This document shows positions 1 through 11,738 of a stretch of 64,000 nucleotides of DNA, one piece after another (position 1 is the stretch's first letter; each line of letters begins with the position of its first letter). The stretch lies in NCBI GenBank assembly GCA_965287045.1, contig OZ336890.1:27528001-27592000 (forward strand), read 5' to 3'. The notes beneath the pieces were generated by a model. The model saw only the letters and a program-made list of their open reading frames with translations, did no database searches and was not told the origin of the DNA. The position numbers and the translations under genes were made by a program. The stretch is from Carcharhinus amblyrhynchos. Its lineage: Eukaryota.

Positions 1-177
1 GCACGTTCTCCCCAAGTCAGCGTGGGTTTTCTCTGGGTGCTGCAGTTTCCTCCTACAGTCTGAAAGATGTGCTGGTTAGGTGCATTGACTCGAACAGGTG
101 CTGGAGTGTGGTGACTAGGGGAATTTCACAGTAACTTCATTGTAAACTTTACTTGTGACTAAGAAATAATCTTTAAC
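1..177 (+). mobile_element. HE1/V-SINE-like element, tail type B (5' part outside window)
   Basis: Core GTGGGTTT..CTGGGTGCT..TTTCCTCCTACAGTC plus tail TTTCACAGTAACTTCATTG..CTTGTGACTAA shared with other copies. Confidence 0.85.
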
Positions 178-437
178 TTGAACTTTTCTCCAGTCTCTCC
201 ACATTTAATAACTGGTGCCAATTTAATAAATCTCTTCTGCATCTTTCCCAAGGCCCTGACATCTTTCCTAATGCTTCGGTGCCCAGAATTGAACAGAACA
301 CTCCAGTAAGGGGTTTACTGTCTTTTTTTTGCTTTTGTACTCAGCCAAGGACTATTTACACTTCTTTTGACAGCCTTTAAACTTGTCCTGCCACCTTAAG
401 GAAATTTGGCATGTCAACTACAACTCTCACTGACATT

Positions 438-929
438 TACAGATGCACCGTAGAAAGCATTCTTTTTGGTTGTATCACAGCTTGGTATGGCTCCTGTGCT
501 GTCTAAGACTGCAAGAAACTACAAAAGGTTGTGAATGTAGCCCAATCCATTATGCAAACCAGCTTCCCATCCAGCGACTCTGTGTACATTTCCCGCTGCC
601 TCAGAAAAGCAGCCAGCATAATTAAGGACCCCACATACTCCGGACATTCTCTCTTCCACCTTCTTCCGTCAAGAAAAAGATACACAAGTCTGAGGTCATG
701 TACCAACCGACTCAAGAACAGCTTCTTCCCTGCTGCCATCAGACTTTTGAATGGACCTACCTTGCATTAAGCTGATCTTTCTCTACACCCTAACTATGAT
801 TGTAACACTACATTCTGTACTCTCTCCTTTTCTTCTCCATGAATGGTGTGCTTTGTCTGTATTGCGCGCAAGAAACAATACTTTTCACTGTATACTTTTA
901 CATGTGACAATAATAAATCAAATCAAATC
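438..929 (+). mobile_element. Rex1/Babar-like LINE 3' fragment with (AAATC)n tail
   Basis: ORF 531-770 reads RCLRKAASIIKDPT..GHSLFHLLPS.KRY.SLR..TNRLKNSFFPAAIRLLN, a Rex/Babar-type ORF C-terminus; ends AATAAATCAAATCAAATC. Confidence 0.8.
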
Positions 930-1299
930 TTAAAAGATAAGTTTACATAAATCCACAGGTCTCACAGTTCTTACACTTTTTTTTATGATTTTACTATCTG
1001 GTTCATATTATCTCTCTTCATTCTTCCTACCAAAATGCATTACTTCTCACTTCTCTGCATTAAATTTACTCTGCCTTGTGTTGGCTCCTTGTACCAGCCT
1101 GACTATGTCCTCCTGAACTCTGTTACTATCTTCTTCATTCTTTGATACGTTTGAGTTTTGTATAATTTCAATTTTTAAAAATTATGCCCTGTATACTCCA
1201 GTGTAGTTAAAAAGTTCAGTGGTCCCAACACCAGCCTCTAAGAAAGACCACTCTACACCTTACTCACTGCAGTCTGAAAAAAAAATTCATCATTACCCT

Positions 1300-1433
1300 A
1301 AAAACAAAATGTTGCGGATGCTGGAATCTAAAACATAAATAGAAAATGCTGGAAAATCTCAACAGGTCTGACAGCATCTGTGGAGAGAGAATACAGTTAA
1401 TGTTTCGAGTCAGGCTGACGCTTTGTCAGAACT
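1300..1433 (-). mobile_element. Penelope-like terminal repeat fragment with degenerate hammerhead motif
   Basis: Minus strand CTGACAA-AGCGTCA-GCC-TGACTC-GAAAC-ATTAAC..CTCTCTCCACAGATGCTG..GACCTG..TTTCCAGCATTTTC; related pieces recur at ~3528, ~6190, ~35337 and ~37052. Confidence 0.65.
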
Positions 1434-3874
1434 GCTCTTTCTGCAATTCCCATCCTGACTTCCCTTAGGAGTCTGGAAAGCATGCCATTTGGATGAAATG
1501 ACTTTTCTACTTTGAGGACAGCCAACCCTTTAAGTGCATCCTCTATTTGTATCCTATCCAATGTTGCTACTGCCTCCAATTTAACTACATTAGTAGCATT
1601 GTCTTCACCAGTGAAGACAGATAAAAAGTATTCATTTCGTACCTCAGCCATGCCATCAGCCTCCATTAGATTTCCATTTAAATTTCTAAGTGGCCCTTCT
1701 TTCCTTTGATTACCCTTATAATATTTATGTGTTCACAAAATACTTGTGGGTTCCCTTTTGTGTTAGCTGCGAATCTGTTTTTGTACTCTCCTGCCTCTTT
1801 TATTTCCTTTTTATTATATATTCAGCTTGGTTCTCTACTTGTCATGAATGATTGTTATCAACCTTTCTATCTCATTTAATACTCTATATCTTTAGACATC
1901 CAAGGCGCTCTTGCTTTGGATGCCCTTCCTTTCCCCCTTAGTAACATTCTTTGTCAGTACTCAAATCAAATCTCTAAGATATCTTATTATTCAATATTGC
2001 CCACCAATGTTTGATTCCTCTTCACTTCAGCCAGATCCCTTGTCGACTCTTTGAAGTTAGTCCTCCTCTAGTTAGGTATTTTTACATTTGTTTACTTTTG
2101 ATGTCCTCCCTTCTGAGAGAAATGATGGAAATGCAGTCTCAGAATCTTGATGAGGTCAGAGGAACCTATCTGCTGCACTTCCTTTGATGGCTGAACAAGC
2201 TGATTGTAGAAATGCAAAGTCTGTTTCAAGTGCGACGTGAATTTGTCCCATTGCCGCCAGTGCATGATGATCTCTGCTTACGCCTTGGTTCCAGGGCTAG
2301 CGACTCCGTTGAAGCTTCTGAAACCTCATATTGTCATGTTCGCCAATTCCTGCCCAGAGCAGGTGTCACCATTTGCATGATCATCAGCTGGAGTCTTCCA
2401 TTTGTCATGACTGACACTGAGGACTGTTTTGTCTCCGCTGACAACATCCTTGGATCATAGCTTTGGGCACCCTGCCTGCCTCATGGCACAGGCTACCTCC
2501 CTTCAAAGCATATCCTTGGGGTTATGGGCATCCTCTATCTCATGCCCATGTTAGCAGCCTTTTTTTGCTTGACTAGCGCTAGCATGTTTGACGTGAAAGG
2601 ACCACTTCATTGGTGATGTTGTCTTTCCATGTGATTGCGATGCCAAGGACGTGTCATTGACGCAGAGGACATTTATCCTTTTCTATAACTATGTGAAACT
2701 TGATGATGTAATGATGACTGTTCCCCAAATGCTGTCTCATTGAGATATTCTCCATTCGGCTCACTTTCTCCCCGAAAACAAGATCCAGTACTGCTTTTCT
2801 CCTCACTGGTTTGGAAACACACAGATCAAGAAAATTGTCTTGTGTGCATTTCAGGAATTCCTCGCCGTCTTTGCCCTTTACACTGTTACTATCCCAGTCT
2901 AGTCTAATGAAGTCCCCCATTGAAGAAAACGCTGTCAAACAAAGGCAATTTCAATCACCCTCAGTTATCTTCTAGTCTTTCCACTGAAGTGACCTTAAGC
3001 TTTGTTTTATTGTCTCTGTTTGAATGCCTTTAGCTGCCCACGGAAGGGTTTTAGCTACAGGCTAGTATAAACTAAGCACTGCATTACAAAGGCGAGCTCT
3101 GAGAACTGAGCGCAGCATTATACACGAGCTTTATGCAGAAAAACAGTGCATTACAAAAGAACGTTTTACTTAAACCCTGCTTATACCTTTATTCCCTTTG
3201 AATCACCTTCAGCTTGGGTCAGGACCCCTAAATTTTATACAGATTGCTGCCTCAGGAGGTATTAAATTATCTGTTCAATATAACCACAGATCTTCAATTA
3301 CATTTGAAATTAGCAGGATTTTTTTGTTTAATCAGCTTTGCTGTATTCAGTAAATCCAAATGTAGTGGCACAAAAGTACTCTGAAATCTGATCACATTAA
3401 AATAGAACTACTTTGATTATAGCTGCCCAATTGTTGTGATTATCTGGCACTCTCACAACAAATGCGAAGTTACATCAAAAATGAAAATGGCTTAATAATC
3501 TCTAAGTTAATTTATTTTGCCAGTAGAAATAAACACAGCAGATCAGTAAGCATCTGATAGTCCATAACGGTTTAAGGTTTCAATTGTGACCCTTCGTTAG
3601 AAATGTTTAAACTCTCCCATTGCTTAATGCATGGATGAACCAAACAGTGTATTGCTCAGCCAGAGGCAATGGTTAATCTTTAGATAGCTCTTGGATTGTC
3701 TTCAGTCAGGAGGATGGAAATTTGACCAAATTTCCTTGCCCTGATTACAGACTAATGATTACAGACTTGGAAAGTGTAAGTGCGTTTTTAGACAATGGGT
3801 AACAATAAGATCAGGCTTGGTCATTGCAGCCCTGATGGTTGAACTGACTGCCAAACTTGCTGTAAAAGAATAGA

Positions 3875-5222
3875 CTGTGTGGCCCCTCAGGTCTCCTTTG
3901 CCATTCAGTAAGATCCTGACTGGTTTTCTATACCTCAAACCCACCTTCCTACTGCTGCCCATATCTCTCTTTTCCCTGAGAGATCAACAATCTATCATCT
4001 CAATCTTGAATATACTCAACAATGAAGAATCCCAGCTCACTGTGGTAGACAATTCTAAGGATCAACAACTCTCCAATTGAAGAAGTTTCTTGTCATTTTA
4101 GTCCTAAGTGGTCAACTCCTCCTTCTGAGGCTGTGCCATGAACTTCTAGTTTCCCTAACCTATGGAAACAGCCACTTGATATCTCTCCTTCAAATTCTTG
4201 ACTGTTTCAATGAGACCACCTCACATTCTTCTAAACTGCTGAGAGTAAAAACCTAATTCATTCAGACCCTTAGCTGAGGACTACTCATCCCGGGAACCAA
4301 CATCATGAACACGTGCTGTATGGCCTGTGAGGCAAGCATACCCTTCCTCAGATATGGACAGTACTTCAGGTGTGGCCTTACCAAGCCCAATACAATGGAA
4401 CATGACTTCCTTATTATTGTACTCTATTCCCCTTCCAATGAAGGCCAATTTGCAATTTGCCTTCCTAATTGCTTTCTGCACCTGCTTGCTAACTGTGTTC
4501 CTTGTATGAGAGCACCCAATGTCAATATCACCGTTTAAAAAATATTCTGTGTTTCTAGTTGAAATATCAAAGTGAATAATCTCAAACTTCCCCACATTAT
4601 ACTACCATCAGCCACTTTGTTGCCTACTCACTTAACCTGCCCATATCTCTTTGCAGCTTCTTTATGTCTTCCTTACAGCTTGCATTTCTACTTAACTTTG
4701 TATCATCAGCAATCGTAAATACATTCCTCTCTGTCTTTTCATTTGTCATTAATATGGATGGTAAAAAGCTGAGCCTCCAACACTGATCCTTGTAGCATAG
4801 CATGGCAACTTGAAAATGCTCATTTATTTCTACTCTCTATCCCTGTTTATTAACCAATCCTGCAACCAGTTCCATGAAGCGTAGTATGTTATATATTTGT
4901 ATGTGGCACCTTATCAAATGCCTTTTGGAAATCCAAGTATATTACATCTACCAGTTCCCCTTTATCTACCAACTAATTACATCCTTACAAAAGCTCCAAT
5001 AAATTTGTCAAACATGATTTCCCTTTTATAAAACCATTTGAATTCTGTTGGATCACACTATGATTTTCCAAGCGCATTGTTAAGGCTTCCTTAATATTAT
5101 ATTGACTCTAATAATAGCATTATTCTGAAGGCCAACTGATCGATAATTCTCCATTTTCTCTCGTCCTCCTTTTTTGAATAGCTTTTAATCGCCAAGACCA
5201 TTGTAGAATCTAGGGAATTTTG
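3875..5222 (-). mobile_element. CR1-type LINE, 5'-truncated and degraded (RT region to 3' end)
   Basis: Minus strand 4905-4948 encodes DVIYLDFQKAFDKVP (CR1 RT motif); downstream ..KAIRKAN..LAFI.RGIEY..KEVM remnant. Confidence 0.88.
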
Positions 5223-5224
5223 GG

Positions 5225-5690
5225 AAAAGTGATAATGACCAGATAATCTGTTTTATTATGATGTTGATTGTTTAGAGAGGAGGAGGAATTTCTTCAGCCA
5301 GAGAGTGGTAAATCTATGGAACACTTTATCACAGAAGACTGTGGAGGCCAGGTCATTGAGTGTCTTTAAGACAGAGATAGATAGGTTCTTGATTAATAAG
5401 AGGGTCAAGGGTTATGGGAAAAAGACAGGAGAATGGGGATGAGAACAATATCAGCCATGATTGAATGGTGGAGCAGACTTGATGGGCCGGGTGGCCTAAT
5501 TCTGCTCCTATGTCTTATGGTCTTATGGGTAGCTATTGGCTAGAACACCAGGGATAAGTCTCCTGCTCATCCTCAAAGCAGTGCCATGGAAGGTTTTATT
5601 TAACCCAAAAAGGTAGATGGGACTTTAATCTGCCAGCATCTCTGACAGTGTAGCACTCCCTCATTTCTGCATTGGACTGCCAACCTTGTT
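5225..5690 (-). mobile_element. Deu-domain SINE (SacSINE1/AmnSINE-like) split by a CR1 insertion
   Basis: GTGATAATGACCAGATAATCTGTTTT (5229-5254) and GTGCCATGG..TCTGACAGTGTAGCACTCCCTCA (5581-5663) resemble the reverse complement of the Deu core. Confidence 0.65.
5274..5528 (+). mobile_element. CR1 LINE 3' end with (TCTTATGG)n tail
   Basis: RRNFFSQRVVNLWN.L..K.VEA coding remnant, GATGGGCC..TGGCCT 3' stem-loop, short tandem tail. Confidence 0.88.
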
Positions 5691-6349
5691 TACTGAGCAT
5701 AGTGGTGTTTTCATTTATGTCAACGTGCATACTTATAGAGGGGGTATTGGATAATGAGTAGGAGCAAGAACGTAGCTCCATCTTAGCCCAGATATGTCGT
5801 GGCCAATTGTGGGACCCCTAACAATGCCTAGCATACCACAAATAATGCAACATAGATTGAAGATGAAATTTGGAAGCTTCTTAGTGTAATTCAGCTACAC
5901 ATTAAATAACATTAGTGAGATATTGTGGAAGTTTAAGCTGAGAAAGGGTTACAGTTTCCAAAACACAGTGTTAGGGAAACAGTGAAAATCAATTAGCTGA
6001 AAACTTGGAAAGTTCAGCTATCCTTCAGGATGGCAACGGAAGAGAGATTGGGAAAGAGTCGCTCTTTTCAGCTGCTCAGCAGGTTCTTTCCAAATTATTT
6101 GCCAGGAATTTTGCCTGAATTTTATTATTTAATGAATTGTGCCATTTTTAAAAAATGCAGGAGGCAAACTGCCAATGTGAGAAAAATTAAAAATAAACAG
6201 CAAATGTTGAAAACATGCAGCAAGTCAAGTGGTATCTGTGGAGAGAATAGACTAATTAATGTTGGGTGGGAATCAAGTTCAAAGCTGAAAAATTATGCGG
6301 AGAAACATATAAATACAATCATCTATCTATATCATTTTTAAAAAATCAC

Positions 6350-6441
6350 AGGTAGATAGATGCATACATAAATAGATACATACATAGATAAGTACATAGA
6401 TAGATAGATATACATACATATATACATACATAAATACATAT
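6350..6441. repeat. Compound (TAGA)n/(TACA)n microsatellite
   Basis: Visible imperfect tetranucleotide array. Confidence 0.85.
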
Positions 6442-6562
6442 TTAAAGCCCAGGAGAAAACCAGACAATCCCAGACACTCATGACTGGAATGGTGTGACAC
6501 ATCATCTCCACCAAGTGCAGGGCAAACAGTATTAAATGTTAAAGAAACAGTGAGGATATTAT

Positions 6563-6910
6563 GTGGCACAGTGGTTAGCACTGCTGCCTCACAGTGCCAG
6601 GGACCCAGGTTCAATTCCAGCCTCGGGTGACTGCCTGTCTGGAGTTTGCTCGTCATCCTCGTGTCTGCGTGGGTTCCCTCCAGGTGCTCCGGTTTCCTCC
6701 CAAGTTGTGCAGGTTAGCTGGCTTAGCCATATTAAATTGCCCCTTAGTGTCCCAAGATGTGTGGGTTAGGAGGAATTAGCCATGGGAAATGTGTGGGGTT
6801 ACAGGGATAGGGCGGGGAAAAGGGCCTAGGTAAGATACACTGTCAGGAAGTCGGTGCAGGCTCAGTGGGCCAAATGGCCTCTTCTGCATTGTAGGAATTC
6901 TAGGATTCTA
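6563..6910 (+). mobile_element. HE1/V-SINE-like element, full length, tail type A (CR1-like)
   Basis: tRNA-like head with A box TGGCACAGTGG and B box GGTTCAATTCC, V-like core, tail TGGGCCAAATGGCCTC..TGTAGGAATTCTAGGATTCTA. Confidence 0.9.
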
Positions 6911-6975
6911 AAAAGGAACAGAGAAAAGGGAGGACACAAACACACCAAAGAACTGGAATTTCATGTTAACACTAT

Positions 6976-7101
6976 GGCGTGAATTTTCCCATTCTACCTA
7001 CCATGGGAATCGTAGCGGGCAGGGGAGGACCATGGAAAGATCCATTGACCTCGGGCAGGATTATCCAGTTTTGGGGAGAGCACGGCTGGAAAATCCCACT
7101 C
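6976..7101. mobile_element. Short (~125 bp) TIR element (MITE-like)
   Basis: Ends GGCGTGAATTTTCC / GGAAAATCCCACTC flanked by TAT on both sides; second copy in opposite orientation at ~18994-19115. Confidence 0.65.
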
Positions 7102-9062
7102 TATGGGTCAAGGAGTTGAGATAGGGGTCTTAAAATAATGGACACAATAACAGGAGCATGAATTACAGTCATGTGATGTGGGGAAAGGACAGTGAAAGCG
7201 GACTAAGTGGGTTGCTCGTTAAGAGTGCTGACAAAGGTGGAATGGACCAGGTTGTTGCCTTTGATGCTATGAATTTCCATAAATAAAGCTGCAGCCAGAA
7301 GTGTACCGGGAGGCACTGTATCACTATACCAACACCACAACTTGTCCTTAAAGCCACAGATTGAGCCAATAATGCTGGTATAGGAATCAGCAAGATTTCA
7401 GAATGAATCAGCCCCATTTGCACTAAAAGTTTTAGAATTAGTATTCATCCATCAAATATCCCAAGGATAATTTGTAACAATTATCACAATTTAGCAGAAT
7501 GCATTTAACTTTTCACAGGAACATATCGAGGCTTGTGATGTTGGAAAGGTGTGAAAGATTAGGGCTGAGTTCCATCCTGTACTATCCCAGATCTGTAACT
7601 GGGGAAATCTGATGCTTATATTTTGCTCTACAGTGTGTAATCTATGAGGCAGCTACGAGATTGTCCACTTGCCTCTTTCAGCAGGGGAGAGACACTTCCT
7701 GGAACAGACATCAACCCAGTTTATTGGCAGAAAGGCTTTCACTGTAATCCAAAAAGCCCTCCTGATGATCACAGGCAAAGTGGATTAGTTTAAGCCGTGG
7801 CAGTCAAAACCTAACTGAGCTGATTGGAGGAAATTGCCTGTAATTTGTAATTGAGGGGAGCTGCTAAAAGTGAGCAGCGGGAGCCCTTGTACAGCCATGT
7901 GACACGTCTACATTTCAGCATTACCCCCTGAGGAGGCAGAAAATCAAATGAGTCACAGCTTTCACTGAACTCCTGTTGGATGCTTAGTGACTTGTGATGA
8001 TACCAATCATCAGCAAGGCTTGGCCCCTGCCCAATCAACGACCCCCCTCTCTTGTGAGAGACTTTGCGGGAAGTTTTAACAGATTATACATATGGGACTC
8101 CACTAATTTACTCTCATCCTTAAAGAATGGAACAGAGTTACACAGGTCTCTGAGAATTGTCACAGGCGTTCTGCCTTTCTGTAATGTGACTTAAATTACA
8201 GATCTCCAATCACCATTTTTTGAGCAGTTTGAATTGCAGAAATATAATTTGTCCGTCTCTTGTATGGGATAGATAAGTAAGACATACATCCTATGTGAAT
8301 GACAGGTATAGAAAATATATCAATGTGCGTATATTTTTTAAGGATTGGAAGGGTTCCCATTATTTTTTTCAGTCCTTACAGTTGGCCTTGTGATTTGAGG
8401 GTGAGTGTTGAAATAATGAGATCCGATGGCAGTAGGCTGCTGTTCGTTTCAAGATTATCGTTTGACACAGACACAATACATCCAATGTTGCCATTTAAGT
8501 TGATACGCTTAATTGAATCAAAATTATCAGCAAAGTCTGATCTCTGTGAAATGTGAGTTTTATAGACTGTGGTCTTATTTACTGCAGATGTACATAGTTA
8601 TCTAGAGGCATCCACATCCCAAGGATAATTTGTAATAATTATCACGATTTCGAGGAACACTTTTAACTTTTCACATGGGAAAGAAGTATTTCTCTAAGTA
8701 CATCCAGAAAAGAAATTTTGCTTGGCCGATTTCAAGTATTTTCATTTTATATCATATAATTACATGTGTAAAGGCCACTTGGTGCAATTTTAATTGCAAA
8801 CTAGAGATTTTATCCCATAATTGCAAGTATTTGCTATTTTAAGTAACGGTCACTGAAGAGTTATCAGCCCCTTATGACCGTATACATCCTTTATTTTATA
8901 TTCTTCACTCAATGTTTTTCTTGTACCATGGACATACCATCTAAAAAAAAAAGAAATGTGATTATTTTTAGCACTGAAAACTTGTGCAAAAGTTTTAATA
9001 TCTTATATGAGTTACTTCTTGACCTTCACTATAAACAAGTGACTGCTAATTTCAGAATCAAT

Positions 9063-9337
9063 GCAGTGGCAGAGGGTTAGCACTGCTATCTCACAGCACC
9101 ATGGACCCGGGTTTGATTTCCATCACTGTCTGTGCAGAGTCTGCACATTCTCCCTGTGTCCACGTGGGTTTCCTCCCACAATCTGAAGACGTGCTGGTTA
9201 GATGCATTGGCCATGCTAAATTCTCCCTCGGTGTACCCGAACAGGCACTGGAGTGTGGTGACCAGGGGATTTTCACAGTAACTTCATTGTGGTGTTAATG
9301 TAAGCCTACTTGTGACTAATAAATAAACTTTACTTTA
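9063..9337 (+). mobile_element. HE1/V-SINE-like element, tail type B
   Basis: Same head and core; tail GTACCCGAACAGGC..GGGGATTTTCACAGTAACTTCATTG..CTTGTGACTAATAAATAAACTTT. Confidence 0.9.
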
Positions 9338-10745
9338 TCTGGTTAGCTCAAAATCTTGATATAAATTCTTTATGTTATTCTTTACAATTTCCAATCTCTG
9401 CAGTTTAAGCTATTTCTAAACCTAAAATGATTTGATATTGATATTTGAAGTTTTGAATTTCATCTGAGCTCCACCAGACAGTATGCCAAAACTGTGTATG
9501 AACACTCTTGTGGGTGAAAAATTAAATGCGAGGTTAGTCATTCAAACTGTCCATTGTAGTTTCGGAAGATCGTTGGGGACACGGCTTTTGCCAGGAATCA
9601 GCTGGTGACTAATAAGTTGCAGCAACCATGTTGGATCACCGTTCCTGCATGGATGTAATTATCTGTCAGGGATGTGAAGCACAGTTAACCCACAATGACA
9701 GCTCAACCAATGCAAAAAAAATGACCATAATTTAACCCATACATTGAATTGAACTAGTTTATTTGAGTTCCAGAACTGGTTTCTAAGCAAAGATGGAGAA
9801 GGGAATTTTAAACCCGAAAAATGACAGGATTTAGGTCAGGCAAAATTTTTTTTAACTCAAACCTGTATCCAATCCGCATCAAACCTGCCCAATTGCAATT
9901 TTAACAGAGGCAGAATGGAAAAGCTGGCAATAGATTAGCTGCCAAGGGTCAGTTGCTCGTATAAATATTTTAATGCAGCTACATGCCTCAGACTTTCTCG
10001 CTCTTTCAGGTTTAACCTGGCAGTTAAAGGAAGGTGATGACTGTTGCACAGAAAAGGTGAGTGCTGCTCCAGAACAGCCTGTGGACCAAGAGGAGCAGGA
10101 CTGCTTCCTCCATCCTCCTCCTCAAGTTAAGCTGCTTTCTTTCCCGCGATCAGACTTCCCTCAAGATCACTGACCATGATGCAATCTGACCTCACTGCAG
10201 TGATCACTGACCCCCTTCCCCGCAATCACAGACACCAATCCACCCCTCCACCCACCCTGTCATCGAGCCCCTGTCACAATCAATCACAACCCAATGATTA
10301 CCAGCTTCTCCTGCAATTACTGATCTCCCGCATGATTGAATGGTGAGAGATCAGTAATCATGTTGGACCCATCTATTCCCAGTGGTCACTCCTCACAACC
10401 TTTGCTCCCAACGTCTCCAGCCCCCATAACAATCATCCCCCCAATCCTACACGGCATACTGTATCCACCCCCTCCTCTGATTTGTAAGCCAGGGTAGCAA
10501 CCTCTTCTGCAGTGTTCCCACCCAATAGGGTAACAGGCCTGGCAACCAGCTCCAGAGTATTCAGGGAATCTAAACTCCAGCACCTACCCCACTCACCCCC
10601 TCTTTGAAATCCCATGGTAGTGAAGATCAGGGCCATAACCTCAAGATTATTTGAGCTTCACTATCTTCAATCACTGAGGTTTATCAAATTATCTCAAATA
10701 TTGCGAATTTGGAGACTATTTGACATAGAAGAAACTGTTTGAAGC

Positions 10746-11031
10746 TTATTTTTTCATGTCACAAGTAGATTCATTAAAACTGCAATGAAGTTATTGTGAA
10801 AATCCCCTAGTCATCACACTCTGGTGCCTGTTGGGGTACACGAAGGGAGAATTTAGCATGGCCAATGCACCTAACCTTTTGGACTGTGGGAGGAAACCGG
10901 AGGACCCGAAGGGAACCCACGCAGACACAGGGAGAACATGAAGTCTCCACACAGACAGTGACCCAAGCCAGGAATCAAACCCAGGTCCTTGGAGCTGTGA
11001 GGCAGCAGTGCTAACTACAGTGCCACTGTGC
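10746..11031 (-). mobile_element. HE1/V-SINE-like element, tail type B
   Basis: Reverse complement of the copy at 9063. Confidence 0.9.
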
Positions 11032-11480
11032 AATACTGGTTTCAATTAGGTCCAGACTAACCGGATGAAAGTCTCTTTAGTGTCTGGGCTGTAAGTGAAG
11101 TGAACTTAGACAATCTCACAGCCTATTTCTCAGCTGACGGAATAAACTGCCCACATTTGATTCCAAATTAGAAATCTCATGCACAGTATCAAAAGACAGT
11201 TGGTATTGGTCTTAGAAAACTTATCAGTCTGGATTGGTGGGAAATGCTCATCAATGATTACAGTTGAGCTACACCACTGTTGAAATAAGGTAGATGGCAG
11301 CTTATACAGCATCTAAATACTACACCTGATCTCAGGATGTTTGATGCTGATCCTGGGTTCCTAAAAGTGTTTTGTTGACCACACAGCCTCACAAAGTAAA
11401 ATGACATTATTGTCATCTGATTAACATAACATCCATGTGGGAGTGCAGTTTTCATCCCGTTAACTCTTTGATTTCAACTT

Positions 11481-11738
11481 TAGAACCATAGAATCCCTAC
11501 AGTGCAGAAAGAGGCCAATCAGACCACCAGGTCTGCTCCGACACTGAGCATCTTATCCAGGCTCACAGCCCCACCCTATCCCCGTAGCCCCGTGCATTTA
11601 CCGTGGCCAATCCACCTAATTGACATGTATTTAGACTGTGGGAGGGAGCCGGAGCACCCAGAGGAAGCCCACACAGATGCAGGGAGAATGTGCAATCTCA
11701 ACACAGACACTCACCCAAGGCTGGAATCGAACCTGGGC
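11481..11738 (-). mobile_element. HE1/V-SINE-like element, tail type A
   Basis: Starts TAGAACCATAGAATCCCTACAGTGCAGAAAGAGGCC (reverse complement of tail A), then core and B box. Confidence 0.88.

Larger units (their letters stand above)
180..2930 (-). mobile_element. Degraded CR1-type LINE ORF2 fragments interrupted by nested insertions
   Basis: Minus-strand ORF remnants such as GDF..LDW..GEEFLKC.QDNFL...P.R..AVLDLVF..HLGNSHH.II.F (endonuclease end) and AEV.NEYF.SVFT.ED, typical of CR1 ORF2. Confidence 0.75.

Noticed and set aside
6563-6625. tRNA-like A/B boxes as a tRNA gene
   Set aside because: It is the head of a SINE and continues into SINE core and tail; no complete cloverleaf
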